A stretch of 64,000 nucleotides of DNA. Origin: Curvularia clavata (taxonomy: Eukaryota). Both the position numbers and the translations under genes were made by a program. The stretch covers positions 3,720,001 through 3,784,000 of the forward strand of contig CP089276.1 in assembly GCA_023920165.1 (NCBI GenBank), written 5' to 3'. The notes under the pieces were generated by a model, which was not told the origin of the DNA, searched no databases, and saw only the letters and a list, made by a program, of their open reading frames with translations. Shown in pieces: positions 1 to 13,184 of the stretch; the first letter of the stretch is position 1, and every line of letters starts with the position of its first letter.

Positions 1-753
1 ACGGGCGACGCGCCCGTGCACTCTGCTGACGATGGCACTGCGCCCCCGGAGCCCATGAGCGAGGAAGAGCGACGGGACATGCTCAACGTGCTGCAAAAGG
101 ATGCCCATCAAGTCGACGATGTCGTGGCCGAGATACAGGAACGAGGCTCAGAAATGGCCTTCCTCCTCAGCCAGATCGAGAACCATATCAACCATCTCCG
201 CAGCGAGGCCTCAGCGCTGTCGAGCATACTCCAAATGATTTCCCACGTCACCAACGACGTCAAACGTCACATTGCCACATCCCGCGCCTTCCACGTCTCA
301 TGGCTGCAAGACACACGTCCCAACCTACTCAACGGCATCGACGAGTGGGAGAACCAGCGCGAGTTCTACGAGCGCTTCGACCTCGCCTATGCCGAGCTCC
401 TGGTGGAAATCTCGTCGCGGCGCAGACGCCATGAGAAAGCAAAGCGCAAGGCTGAAGAGGCGCAAAAGGAGCTGGACAAGCTGCGCCTCGAGGACGAGCG
501 CGCCAGAGAACAGTTCACCCTAGCCCAAGGCGACTTTCTGCCACTAGACATCTGGCCGGGGCTGAGAGATCCGCCGCGCCGGTACGAGGTCAGGGCTGTC
601 CCTGTCGCCACGGACAAGCAGGATGACAACGTTCAGGGACTGGATGAGGGGGACGAGTGGGGTGACGGCGGGGGTGGCGGCATCCAGAGTATTCCCCAGT
701 TAGGAAGAAATGTCGTGGAGCGAGCACTGATGAGGGTCAAGAGACGCATGTGA
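1..753 (+). CDS. ATG17: Autophagy protein Atg17 (C-terminal part; 5' end lies outside the window)
   Basis: Frame is open from the window edge. Coiled-coil with 'ML.VLQKDA.QVDDVV.EI', 'FYERFDLAYAELLVEI.RRR' and 'GDFLPLDIWPGL', typical of fungal Atg17. Confidence 0.8.
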   Translation, partial: TGDAPVHSADDGTAPPEPMSEEERRDMLNVLQKDAHQVDDVVAEIQERGSEMAFLLSQIENHINHLRSEASALSSILQMISHVTNDVKRHIATSRAFHVSWLQDTRPNLLNGIDEWENQREFYERFDLAYAELLVEISSRRRRHEKAKRKAEEAQKELDKLRLEDERAREQFTLAQGDFLPLDIWPGLRDPPRRYEVRAVPVATDKQDDNVQGLDEGDEWGDGGGGGIQSIPQLGRNVVERALMRVKRRM

Positions 754-965
754 GATGTGGGATTTGATCATATTGCAACTCCGAGTACAAGTATGCGGAT
801 GCTCGTAAGTGGTATTGTGAAGGAGAACTAAGAAGACAAGAAGACGCTAGTTATGCTCATACGGGAAAAGATGTGTTTCGTGAATTTTGACTCGCTCATA
901 ATACCAGACAAAAGACCGCTTTTGAAGACGATGGCACTGGAAAACCCGCTTCGTCATATGCCCAA

Positions 966-2202
966 CTAAGTGGCAGCCTGCTCGGGCTTTCGGCCGTAGA
1001 TGAAGTAGAACCGAATGTAGACATGAACGTCTCTTCGCCTGATGTCGGCGACAACACGGGCCGTCATGACGCGGCACTCTGCCTCGCTCCAGCCCAGGAC
1101 TTTGCCCATGAGGCCGAGGGTGTAGGGCTCGATGCCCATGGACATGTGCTCGCGCTGGTAGCGTCCGATTTCCTTCATGCGGGCGTCCTTGGGCCAGGGG
1201 CCGAGAGGAACCTATCAGGCATATTAGCCAAATGTACATATCTACTATGATGGGAGTTGGATTGCAAAAAGAAAAAGAAAAAAAAGGATGACATACCTTG
1301 ACCACCTTCTCATTCACATCCACAAACCCCGCATCTATCATCTTTTGCTTAAGCGTATTTCCCGCACGGATGTCCCTCCCCCACTTCCCCGCTGCCTCAT
1401 GGCACAAGTCCTGCCAATGCTTGAGATCCTTTGCTAGTTCCATGGTGCCATCGTCGCACTCGCACAGCGCCAGCGGCTCCTGGAACTCGACCCATCCGCC
1501 CGGCTTCGTATGCGTATACGTCTGGCGCACCAATCTGTCCCAGTCGGAAATACTACCAGACATGGTGCGACAGTGGATATAATCAAACGCCTCGGCGGGA
1601 CTATACACCCATTCGGACTCGGCATCGTCAATGTAGAATTTGACATTCGGGGGAACCCATGTGGGCTGGATGGGACTCAGATCGGTGCCAATGACTTCGG
1701 CGCCAGGGTGCTCGTCGGCAAAGTCAATGGCCCAGATACCGGTTCCGGTGCCAATGTCGAGGACGCGCTGTGGGGAAGCCGGGATGGGTGCGTCGTACAG
1801 TTTTCCCTCGAGGATGAGCAGGAAGATGTGGTGTAGCAGGTCCAGCCGGTCTTGCTCTTGCTCGTCGTTGGGCAGGATGTAGGCGCCGGAGCGGTAGCCG
1901 TGGTAGCGGCGGCCGTTGGAGTATTCATAGTTGAGGATGGTCGAGGCGAGCGACGTCGAGGCGGCGGATTGGGACTCAAAGGCAGAGTCCGAGTCGCTGT
2001 TGCTGGCCGTGTCTACGTCCAGGTGGAGGACGGACTGGAGGTTGCCCGTGTCGGCATCTTGTGCTGTAGACGCTGGGTCTGCTGCGGCCGGCGCTTCTGC
2101 TGGTACGGATTGTTGCTGTGGTTGTGTCTGCGATGCTGGTGGTTGTGGTGGTGCTGCTGGCTGTGGCGCGGTTGCGCTGGTGTTGGTGGGGGCAGTCGAC
2201 AT
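966..2202 (-). CDS. SAM-dependent methyltransferase, LaeA-like/TAM (Methyltransf_23) family; 2 exons, intron 1212-1296
   Basis: Motifs YEYSNGRRYH, LPNDEQEQDRLDLLH, VLDIGTGTGIWAIDFAD, GTDLSPIQP and KPGGWVE. A GTATGT...TAG intron joins 'EKVVK' to 'VPLGPWPKD'. Confidence 0.9.
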
Positions 2203-2789
2203 GTCGTATAGCCTCAGGTACTACAGCTATTTCTGGCGAAAAACAACGTCTTCAATCGGACAAGGACAGCGAAAACAGCGTCTGTCAGCGGGGTTACATT
2301 GCCCTTATATTAAGACAACACGCGCGAGTGGCAGATGCAGTGCGCCTAGGCCGCCTGAAGCGGAGGCGCCCTGTCGCCCGTGGTGCCATACTGCCGCCGT
2401 GGGATCCAAGGGCGCGGGTCTGTTCATGACAGCCGGCTCTGGCGCCTCGTGGCACATGGAGCAGCCCTTGTCGGGTTGTGGCAGTTGAGATGCCTTTAGC
2501 CTGCACTCCGTCCGTCCTGTGCTGCGGGGAGTCGTCGAATCCTCCCCTTTCGTCTTCGCTCCTGCCCGACTTAGACTCTATCCGTCTGCTCATCCGTCCC
2601 AATGGCCCCCCAATACATGACTGGTGTCCACTCGGCAACCCCCTTTGGATACGCACCCAACTCAACCGTACGCCCGATAGGCGTAGCACCGCGTAGATCA
2701 AAACTCAGCAATCCTTTGCTCTCAGGCTGCTCGCTTTCATCTGAACTCATGCTCCAACTTGGTCGGCTCCCTACCCCGGCCTGCCCGTC

Positions 2790-4729
2790 ATGAAATCCGA
2801 TACCAACACAGGTACCGCGCAGAAGCTGTCGTTACCACTGCTCGGCCTTGTCGCCTATGTCGCCTATCTGCTCGCACGTGCCGTGTACCGCCTGTATCTC
2901 CACCCGCTGGCCAAATTCCCTGGGCCCAAGACAGCCGCTGTCACGAGCTGGTATGAGGCATATTACGAAATCGCCCTTAGAGGACAGTACTACAAGCAAA
3001 TTGCAAAGCTTCACGACAAATACGGTAGGTTTGCACCTGGCCTCGAAAGGAAACCGAGACATCATCCTCTCCTCTGTCTAGTGGATTCGTGTGCTAAGCC
3101 GACCCACGCCAGGTCCCATTGTACGAGTAACACCAAATGAGCTGCATATCCGAGACTCGCGCTTCTTCGACCAAGTCTACCCTAAGAATGTACATCTTGA
3201 CAAGGAAGGATGGGACAAGAGATTCGGCAGCGCCGACGGCCTGCTTCCCACGGTAAAAGCCGAAGACCACAAGCGACGTCGTGCAGCAGTGGCCCCCATG
3301 TATGTCTTGCATATACAATTCCACACATATCAAGTCACATGAGTAGCATTGTCGACTAACGCGCCTCACAGGTTCTCACGCCGCTCAATCATCGACTTCA
3401 TCCATATTATTTACCGCCATGTCGACACGCTTTCCCGTCGTATGCATGAATTTGAAGAGCGTGCTGAGCCGCTCAACCTCTCCCATGCGTTCCCCGCCCT
3501 GACTGGCGACATCATCATGGACTACTTTTTTGGATTCAACTATGACCAGCTCAAGAACCCCAATTTCGACTCCTTCCATGAAGCCTTTATCAAGATTGGT
3601 GACGTTGGCCATATTGCTACGCAATTTCCCTCGATACTCCCTGTGCGTCTGTCTATAGACTACCCAACATATCAGCATGGGGTTCTGTGGATATGGTTCC
3701 ACTTGCGACAGCATTGCATCAAGTACTGACATGATTATCGCAGATGATGAACAGTATCCCTGATAGCATTACTGGCTGGCTGCAGCCTGCAGCAAGGTCA
3801 CTCATCAAGTTCAAGCAGGTATGTGGCACAGTGCGAGTTCAACTCCCTGCGGATTGTTTCCCCGTCCAAAATTTACTATGTTCACATGGCACTAATGCCA
3901 AACTAGGACAACTGGGAACTGATTGCGAGGACGCTCCGCGGAGAAGATATCAAGTTGAACGACGCAAAAAAGACTATTTTCCAGGAAATTGTCTCGTCCA
4001 AATTGCCCGAATCAGATAAGACGCAGAAGCGACTTGCAGACGAAGCTCAGATTGTCATTGGCGGCGGTGTTGAGACCACAGCCTTTTCTCTATCCACAGC
4101 AGCTTTCCATATTATCAATAACCCACGCATCTATGAGCGCCTGCACAGGGAGCTGGTTGAAGCCTTCCCAAACAGCAGTGACTTGGATCTGGCCACGCTG
4201 GAAAAATTGCCCTACCTCAAGGCCGTCACCACGGAAGCAATACGCTTGTCGTATGGCCTTAGTGCGCGTAACCCAAGGACCCACAAGACGCCTATCCACT
4301 ACAAAGAATGGGTCATTCCTGCAAACACATGTATTGTATGCTACATATTATCCACCAATAACCTGAGTGCCACACTGACTTTGCAATTCACAGTCCATGA
4401 CCATCCCCGACGTATCTCACGATGAGTCCATCTTCCCTTCTTCCCACGAATTCATCCCCGAGCGCTGGCTCGACGATCCCAAGACTGACGATGGCCTTCC
4501 CCTTGACCGTTTTCTTGTCTGTTTCGGCCGCGGCACACGTTCCTGTCTGGGTATTACGCTTGCCTATACCGAAATGTACCTCACGCTGGGCATGATGTTT
4601 CGGCGGTTTAAGTTTGAACTGCATGAAAGCAGCGTTGAGGATGTAAGGTTGGAACACGATTTTTTCATTCCGGTGGTCAAGCTGGATAGTAAGGGACTGA
4701 GAGTTTTTGTCAAGAGGACTGAGGATTAG
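2790..4729 (+). CDS. Cytochrome P450, CYP58/trichodiene-oxygenase-like clan; about 6 exons (alternative start 2749 via a weak intron 2762-2811)
   Basis: N-terminal TM followed by HPLAKFPGP, GPIVRVTPNELH, I-helix GGGVETT, EAIR (ExxR), PERW and heme motif FGRGTRSCLG. Introns at about 3025-3112, 3300-3371, 3643-3743, 3819-3906 and 4336-4393. Confidence 0.92.
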
Positions 4730-4838
4730 GAGGCAGCTATTTCGGTCGAAATGTGTAGGATTAAGATGGACAAGTCAATCGCAACGTCAGCGTCAAATCT
4801 ATTCGTAGTAGGAACATTGAACTCCAATTCATATACAC

Positions 4839-5747
4839 CTACACCAATAAACCACCACCATCCGTCCTCACCATCGTCGCATCCATATTCTCATCCCGCA
4901 TGATCCCCAGAAAACTCTGCGCCACACTCTCTGGCCTTCCCGCTCGTCCCGTCAACAATCCCTTGCCCATACCCTCCAGCACTTGTGCCCTTTTCCCCCT
5001 CTCTTCTCCCGCACCATCCAAATGATCCCATAGCTCCGTATCCACCAACCCCGGACTAACCCCGTTGACCCTGAGGGGCTTCAAATCCAGCGCCAGACCC
5101 CTAACCATAGCATGCAGTCCCCCCGCATACGCGCCGATGACCGACCAGTTGGGGATAGGTTTTTCGGAAACGGAGCCCGTGGTGATTGTGTAAGAAGAGG
5201 AAGAGGAGGAATTGAGGAATTGGGGCAGAAATTTTGCGAGAAGGAGAGGGGCGAAGAAGCGGATTTGACCGGCTGAGAGGATGGAGTCGATGGTCTAGTG
5301 GAGCTGTTAGTAAAGTGTTTGGATGCTGGAAAGGAAGGAAAAAAAAGGTCTAAAGGAAAAGGGGCAACATACCAATTCTCCAACCGACATTTCCGCCAGT
5401 CGATCCCCCGCTGTGTAAACAACATGATCCAACTTCTCTCCTCCCATCATCTGCACCGCCTTTTCCAGCACACCCTTCAGCTCTCCCTCTAATGTCTCTC
5501 TCTTTCCCAGGTCGACAGTCGTGCCCCAGACCCTCCTCTTGCCGTTGGCTGCAGAAGAAGATGGGTAGGCTTCTTCAATCCTCTTCACAGCGCCATCCAC
5601 GCGCTTACGGCTCGAAGATGCGATGGTAACTAGGGCGCCGTGCTCGACACAGGCTTCTGCGACGCAGAAACCAATGCCGGATGTGCCGCCGAGGATGAGG
5701 ATGCGTTTGGAGTGGAGGGTGGTAGAGTATTTTGTTTGGTCCGTCAT
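4839..5747 (-). CDS. Short-chain dehydrogenase/reductase; intron 5295-5372
   Basis: LILGGTSGIG Rossmann motif, LDHVVYTAGD, RVNGVSPGLVDTELW and the C-terminal DGG motif. Confidence 0.88.
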
Positions 5748-6519
5748 GGTGATAGTGTATCCCTGTATGTATCTCTTCGTGTGGAGAGTGGGAAGGGAGA
5801 GGGAGAATAAAAGATTAAGAAGTGTGAATGGAGTGGGAAAAGATTTAGGTCAAAATAAAAAGAAGAAGAAATAATGTTGTATCTAGAGCCTGTGTATGCA
5901 CTTGTCAAGTGGAGAATGATGAGGGTTATATGTCATTTCCATGCCTTCGTTCTCTTTCACGCATAGATATATATATTTATTGACATGGCGGAGGATCGGG
6001 CTATTCTGCATCATTTCCCGCGTCTAAACATTTAGCAGCGGAGAAGAAGGAAATCTGCCCTGGACACGTAACCGGGGCTCAGTCCAATCGCAACTTATCA
6101 TTAACAAAAAAGGAAACTTTCACAATGGAGATAGGATGGAGATAAAAATTAGTGGGTTGGAGTAACACTAGACCACCCCGTCATGCATTACATCATCACC
6201 ACTATCGCCGAGTGTCGACAACAATGACGGCAATTGCATGGGTTCACGAATCGATGAATATCAGGTTTGGCTATATGAATATGCTGTAGAATCTTGTGCC
6301 GAAGCGTTTGCTCCTTGGCTGGATATATTTCTTAGGTGTTCTAGACACCTGCATTGCTGTACTCTAAAACACCTGCCTCTACGCGTGCCCGGCTTGCCCG
6401 GCTCGTGACCAGATCAACGGCGGGCGGACTAGTTGCCCAATGCTTTTTAAGTGTATGAGAACAAGCTTACAAATTCTGCTCCAAAACCACAGCATCCTGA
6501 AGCCGCCTGCATGATTTCA

Positions 6520-9439
6520 TCATATCGTCCAGAGGGTGTTGATCTGCTTTCTCCTAACCTACAAATTCTGTTAGCACATTACCATCTTTAGGTATACACA
6601 GGATACTGACCAATGGTGCTACAAACAGCACGCCAACAAACAAACCAACAACAGTAAGCATCATGGAAATCTTATTAAATCCCTTGCCCAGGATATCAAA
6701 GGCAAAACTAGGTGCGACGCGTGTGCCAAACATGTCGTGGCCATAAGCAAACACCAGACTAGTGCTCTCAATTCCGCTTTCACTGGTAATTATCTCCTTA
6801 ATCCCGAGGACTTCGTATTTGTGGGTAAGGTGCCACTTTGGGTCAAAGTTGATGACCGGCGCGTACTTGACCAGACCCTCAGACTGCTCTTGAGCCGTGG
6901 GATCGCGACCAACTGGACGGCGAGGATCGATGACGGAGCGTGGGATGCCAATGATAGCGTTGATCGAGGGCACAGTGACGAGAAGCTCGCGGCTGGTGAT
7001 GCCCTGCTTGGTTTGTGTCACAGCCATGTGTCCAACTTCAGCTGGCAGTTGATAACTCTGAGATATGACATGTGGCTGCACAGCGTCCCCATCGGCGCTG
7101 GAGGCTTGCACCGTCGACGAGTTGGAGGTATCGCCTAATGGACCCCGGTCATCAGGTAGTGGGGACTCGTACAGGTCGGAGACAACAAGCTGGTAGCCGC
7201 GTGAAGCCGTGATGGGAGCCGCATCAATTGTCAGCGCATAGGTGAACCAGTTTTCCGAGATGGTGGCTGGAATGGGTCGAGAGGTGTCTACGCCATAATG
7301 CGTTGCGGTGTGCAACAGCTGTCCCGAGGCAGAATCCAGCAAGTAGACAGATGCAGATCGCGCCGAGTCGGCAACGGCCGTGACTAGAACCAGGTTGGGG
7401 TTGAGGTACTTGTACAGCACCCTTCGATCTCCCAGTACCTTGCCGATAGAGGCGACAGGGTCCTTGACAGGACGGGCAACGTAACTGACAATGCGCTCCT
7501 CTCCAACAGGGCGGAAACTCCAAACTGGCTCTGTGCTCGGCTTGTTCTGCAGAAAGCCTCTAAGAGCACCATCCTCTAAGGTGAATGCTACCAGAGTCTG
7601 CGCTTCAGAGACAAGCGGAGCCTCGAGTTTGACCTCGGCAGGAGAAATGAGGTTACCCGTGGTAGAGTTGATCAACACAGGGCTCTCAAGCGAGGCGTCC
7701 CTGACTTCGACATAGCCTCTGTGAGCCTTGAGGCTAGGGCGTTGGAAGCTCTTTCCAGGCGCAAACTCGTCAAGATCGATGTTCCACATCATCTTACCGC
7801 GCGAGCCAACATCCAGAGCAGCAAGACGTCCTGTGTCAGTAGCGACGACAACAAGTTTGTGAAATCCGAACGTATCTTGTTGAATGTCGTCAATAGTAGT
7901 CTCTTTTGGCTGCCCAATGACGCTACCAAGGACCCGCTGGGGTATGGCCTGTGCCCAAGCGGGGAAATGCTTCAAGTCTTCCAAGTGTCTCTGCACGCGG
8001 TGAATGTAAGCCGAGACAGGGTTGCGATGGCTTTCGTCAGCAAGTGCTTGCGCCAGGGCTTCCTCTTCAGGCAAACCAGCCCATACTGCAGAGACAGTCC
8101 GTGCCAGAAACTCGGGTCGTGTCCATGCCAGTTCATTGTTACGGAGAAGCGCCCACTCGCCGTTGGAGTAGAGAATAGATGATCGGATGGCACTCACAGT
8201 CGCACCTTTTACGACAACCTCGGCTTGGGCGTGGATAGGGTGTGCTCCTGCAGTTGCAGACGAGGGCCTGAGAAACCAGCGACCCACAACGTTGTCTGAG
8301 ACAGAAGAATAGACCATGACGTCTTCATATGTGATCCTGGTAAAGTAGACGTTCGCGTCCGACGTGCTCGTGGCAAAGGTCCCCTTGGCCTTGAGCTCTG
8401 GCAGCCTGTAGGCCTTGGAGACGGTGTTCTTCTTTAAATCGACATGGAACACGTCGGCAGAGTGACCCTCGGCACTCTGGTACTCGACAAGAAAATGGGG
8501 GCGAGAGTTGACATGGCCAGGTGCATGGAGGATGATGTTCTCGATGACCTCGTCTTCTGGTGTCTTGAAGCTTGCCACAGTCTTTGTGCCTATGATGTTG
8601 ATCTTGAGCACCTTATTTGCCTTGTCGGTCCACGCCAGTAGTGGGGCAGCGGTATTGGCTCCTGCGAATAGGACACGGTCGCGCGAGGATACCTCAGTCT
8701 CGGAGTTTAGTGTGTACTGGTCAAGCTTCTTCCCTGTGATGGGGCTCAGGGCCGTGACGCGCAGCTTGGAGGCTCCGAGCACGGGCGTGTGGAGGGCGAT
8801 GTAGTAGATGGTGGTCGGCGAGGTCGAGAGCTGGAAGGGCGTGTCTCCGCTGTCTTATGGTCAGCCGTAGTCTTGGATGGAGGGGAAGGTTAACATGGAC
8901 AACCTTGTATCCTCGAATGTCCACTTGGCCCGCCCAGTCTTTCCATCGAGCCTCTTGACACTGGGGCCAGCGTCGGTTGCCAGCAGAACGAGGGCATCTT
9001 GAGCTGCATCAATTGACATGCCATCCTCCTGCTCCAGGATCTCGAGATCCTCAACATGTGCACCAGCGGTAGTCGTTTCCCACGCGAGACGGCCGTCCGA
9101 GGCGCTCCATGCTGTGACGCGCTGGCCAATGGCGCTGATGACCGTGTCCTGCTCGCTCCCCGCACGCAGATGGCCAATGTCACTGGGGGCGGCGGGTAGA
9201 TGGTGGCGCCAGACCAGGGCACCATCCTTGGGATTGACGGCGGCGACTGTGTGATTCTGGGAGATTGAGTAGAGCAGAGAGGCCTTGGAGCCAGCATAGG
9301 GCTTCTGGAAGAAGGTGGCCTGGGCCGTGGGGAGGCCTAGCAGGGCGTAGTGGAAGTCAATGTGATAGGCCTCATCCTCGAAGACGGCAGCGGCCGGGGC
9401 GAGGCATGCTGCGAGGGCGAGGGCAGCATGGAGACGCAT
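6520..9439 (-). CDS. EMC1: ER membrane protein complex subunit 1 (DUF1620 + PQQ-like propeller); introns 8850-8903 and 6559-6610
   Basis: Signal peptide then AVFEDEAYHIDFH; GKVLGDRRVLYKYLNPN, ENWFTY, TKQGITSRELL, LDPRRP-like IDPRRP, ESTSLVFAYG, PSFAFDILGKGFNK, a C-terminal TM and 'RKQINTLW'. Confidence 0.93.
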
Positions 9440-10323
9440 TGTATGGTGGGGTTGCAACTGGTCGTCGTTTGGCTGCCGTCAGGCGTGTGGTCGCCATCAG
9501 TTGTCGGAGAGCTGGGCACTTGAGCGCACGGGCCAACACGGCTCCGGATGCATTCCGGACCGTTCACTATGCGGGCGTGTCTACACAGACAACAGCCCAC
9601 TGCGCAGTCGACAGTGGTGCGAATGGGGCCATTACGTCGTCATGGCTGCGGGTGGTGGTGGCAGGCAAAGTCAATTTTGCAGGCGAGCAGAGCCACCGAG
9701 CATGGGGTGGGCTTGGTCGACAGTCGTACGACTACTCTAGCTCAGAGGCACGAGGGTGGTGTGTAGGCAGGCCTCAGCAAGCGGATTGCACCCCAGGCCA
9801 GGAGATGGCACAAGCTGCCATGCCATGGCAAGCTTCGACGCTAGAAGCGCAATCCAGGGCGTCAGTCCTGGGACGATTTGTTCCGCAGCCCGCAGCAGGC
9901 GAGCTCCACCGCCATGGCTAACGAGTGATCGTGTGTAGTCCGTGTGTTGGCGCGCACAGGGGCGTTGCATCGTCTTGGTTCGCAGCCTTGCCAACTACTC
10001 TTGTAGTGTGTATGCCGATTGATGGGGTTGCTTTTTTGCTGCGCGGGCATGCCGTGTCGACAGCTGCTCTGGCGCAGCCGTTGCAGCTAGCTGGGCCGTG
10101 GGCTGGCCAGGTCCAACCGTCGTCGTGGCAGGCTGAACGCCGCGTGCGACCCTGCCGACATCTGGAGAGTAGCACCGGCCGCCTCGCACAACGGAGCTGA
10201 GTCGACTTGTCCATGGCGCGGGCGAGTCGAGTGCAGGCGACGCTACCGTCCATGGGGGCGTTCCCGGCAGCCCGGGTCTGTTTGGCGGCTGGCGATTTGA
10301 GGCGCACAGCTTGATCGAGTACC

Positions 10324-10368
10324 ATGGTGGTGATGGTGATGGTCATGGTCATGGTCATGGTCATGGTC
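10324..10368. repeat. Hexanucleotide microsatellite (ATGGTG/ATGGTC)n
   Basis: Seen directly: ATGGTGGTGATGGTGATGGTCATGGTCATGGTCATGGTCATGGTC. Confidence 0.85.
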
Positions 10369-10537
10369 GCGCCCATGTCTCGCTGGCTGGCCCAGGTGCG
10401 TGTTCAACATGGTGCGTCTCCTACGCACACAGGCAGCGCGTCCGCCGTCTTGCTCTGCGTGCTTGACTCTGTTCCGCGGCAGCGACGGGCGAGGTCGGGC
10501 GTATCCTTGGCTGGCAACTGGCAACCGACGCCGCCAC

Positions 10538-10650
10538 GCAGCGCAGCGCAGCACAGCGCAGCACAGCGCACCTTATCCGCCATATCTTCTGCTAAGCCCT
10601 ACCGAGTCTACGGCATCCATGTCCCGCTGGTGCTGGTGCTGGTGCTGGTC
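10538..10650. repeat. Short tandem repeats: (GCGCA/GCACA)n at 10538-10570 and (GCTGGT)4 at 10627-10649
   Basis: Seen directly in the RSR1 upstream region. Confidence 0.75.
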
Positions 10651-11229
10651 CCTCCTTCCCACCTAATCACCGCCGCTGCTCCCTGACTGTCGTCGCTGTT
10701 GTTTGTGTTCCTGCTTCTGTTCGCTCCTTCCTGCTCTGCTCCTGCTCCCGCCCCTGCTCCTCCGTGCCCCTTCCTGCCCTCCTGCCCTCCTGCCCTTCCT
10801 GCCCCTTCCCCCGGGCCGGCACGTGACTGCCTCGCGGGAGAAAAAAAATCTTCCCCAGTCCCCATCCACCCAGCCTCGCGCGTTCCCCATGTGAGTTACC
10901 CAAAACTTCCCGGACCACCTGAATGCCGTCCATTCGCCTCAATGGCTTATTGACCAGAGTATTCGAGGCTGCTTTTGTCTGATTGGACGCCACCGCGGTT
11001 TAGCAATACATGCGCTGACAAGTGTGGTTGGCTTGCAGCCCAGTACGACGCGCTCCGCCCGACTCAGATCGCTGGTACACGTCCACGCCGTGTCTGAGCA
11101 ACGCGGCGCTTTTGAGCCGCTCTCCCATCTGTGGCACACACCGCCACACCAGGTAACGAGCTTCCCTTTCTCGCCGCCAGCTTCCCTCCCAACCTCGCGA
11201 CAAATTTCTCCCAACACCCTTTTCCAAGC

Positions 11230-12168
11230 ATGTCGCAACGGGAGTACCACATCGTCGTCCTTGGATCTGGTAAGCTAGCAAAACGTGATCAGCAACTAGA
11301 ACATCGACTGACGGCGGTGGCGCACCAGGTGGAGTCGGAAAAAGCTGCCTCACAGGTACGTGGTGCATTCGACTGCTTTCCCAGGCCCGACTCCCGCTGA
11401 CTGTCTCCTGTAGCCCAGTTTGTGCAAAATGTGTGGATAGAGAGCTATGATCCCACCATCGAGGACTCGTACCGCAAGGTGCTCGACGTCGATGTACGTG
11501 CAAACTGCTGCAAAACAAAACCTACCAACCAAATCATGCTGACCCACTCTCCCCTCCTTCCAGGGCCGTCATGTCATTCTTGAGATTTTGGATACTGCCG
11601 GCACAGAACAGTTTAGTAAGTGACTCGACAGTCGCGTGCACGTGAGTTCAAGACTAACAATCACGGCAGCTGCTATGAGGTAGGATGTCCTAGTTTCCCC
11701 CTTCCTCCCCTTTGCTGGGCCATGTCAAAAGACTCACACAGATTGCACAGAGAACTGTATATGAAGACTGGCCAGGGCTTCCTTTTGGTTTTCAGCATAA
11801 CATCAGAATCTTCCTTTCGGGAGCTCGCAGAGTTGCGCGAGCAAATACGACGCATCAAGGAAGACAACAACGTGCCCATGGTGCTCATTGGCAACAAATC
11901 CGACCTGGAAGATGACCGTGCCGTTGCCCGTCCGCGAGCATTTGCCATATCGCGTGAATGGAACGTCCCCTACTTTGAGACGAGTGCGCGAAGAAGAGCA
12001 AACGTCGACGAGGCCTTTGTCGACCTCTGCAGGCAAATCATCCGCAAGGATCAGAGCGAACGCACGCGCATGGCCCCACCGGATTCCCCGAGGCCAGGAC
12101 CCAGGAGCAGAACCCATACGGGACGGCCCAAGCGCAAAGCACACCGTCCGCATTGTACCATTCTTTAA
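11230..12168 (+). CDS. RSR1: Ras-family GTPase Rsr1/Bud1 (Rap/Krev-1 type); 6 exons including a 27-nt and a 10-nt exon
   Basis: Spliced protein reads [44 protein letters not shown]...[24 protein letters not shown]...GNKSDL...ETSAR and ends with the CaaX motif CTIL. Confidence 0.93.
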
Positions 12169-13184
12169 AGCTACGATACCCAGTTGGCGGAAGCGTGCAT
12201 GAGCGACAGCCGGCTTGCTGGACCAGGCGCTGTCATGAGATTCCCTTTGTACCGTTCCTTCGACTTTCTTGTATACACTTTTTTGGTATTATAGAGGATT
12301 TAGACAATCTGCTCACAGTAGCAATTAATCTCATTCATCGAATCCATCCGACCGACCCTTAGCGTGATGGAGAAGCGTCATGTGTTGGGATTGGTATGTT
12401 TGGAGTAAAGGGAAAGTGTAAGTCACAAGCCAATGTTGATCAGTCAGCTGATACGAGCGTCCCGAACACTTTGGCTGGATATCGAAGGAATCAGTTTCGA
12501 AGGGGCCAAGCGTGCATGCGTCCCGCAGTCGGTATCCTTGGTTGCTGTGCTCTCAGTGCCTCGGGTGTTGCAACGGATGAATGGACACGGAATGTTTGGA
12601 CCATCACTGGCAGGGTACTCCGTGCCAAAACGAGAGTGTGGGCCTATATGTATGGGAAACGTGTTTTGGCTGACTCGGGAGTCCATTGAGGGAGAAACCT
12701 GTACGGGTGTGGTTCAGCTACCCTCGCGAGGCAAGGTGCCTGTAGGCGAAGACTGTCTTTTTCTTTCAAAGAATAGAGTCGCGTCGACACGACCGAGGCT
12801 GACTGAGACTGACTGGCCTTGAGACTGAATGGCAGAAAGGGCGTGGTCAAAGCTCTTGTAGCAGAGTATCCAAGTATCCAAGACCGAGGCTCAATGGGGA
12901 TTCCACCGCGCATACTGGAAGAAGCGTATACGGCCTACCTTCCAGTTGTGACAGATGAGCTCTGTAGAGTGTGCTCTTGTGACATGTATGAAACGAGTTC
13001 CTCATCGATCCGCCACTGGTCTTGCTCGAGCAGCTGCGGGGGACAAGTACCAAGCACATCAGCACGGTCTAGCCCAACTTTGAAGAGAAAGCGGGGGCAA
13101 TGGTAGTAGTGTACAGCAAGAATCCGTAGAGGATAAACTTGGTCGAGTAGGTAAAAGGGGGCGCAACAAGAGCTGCTAAGCCCC

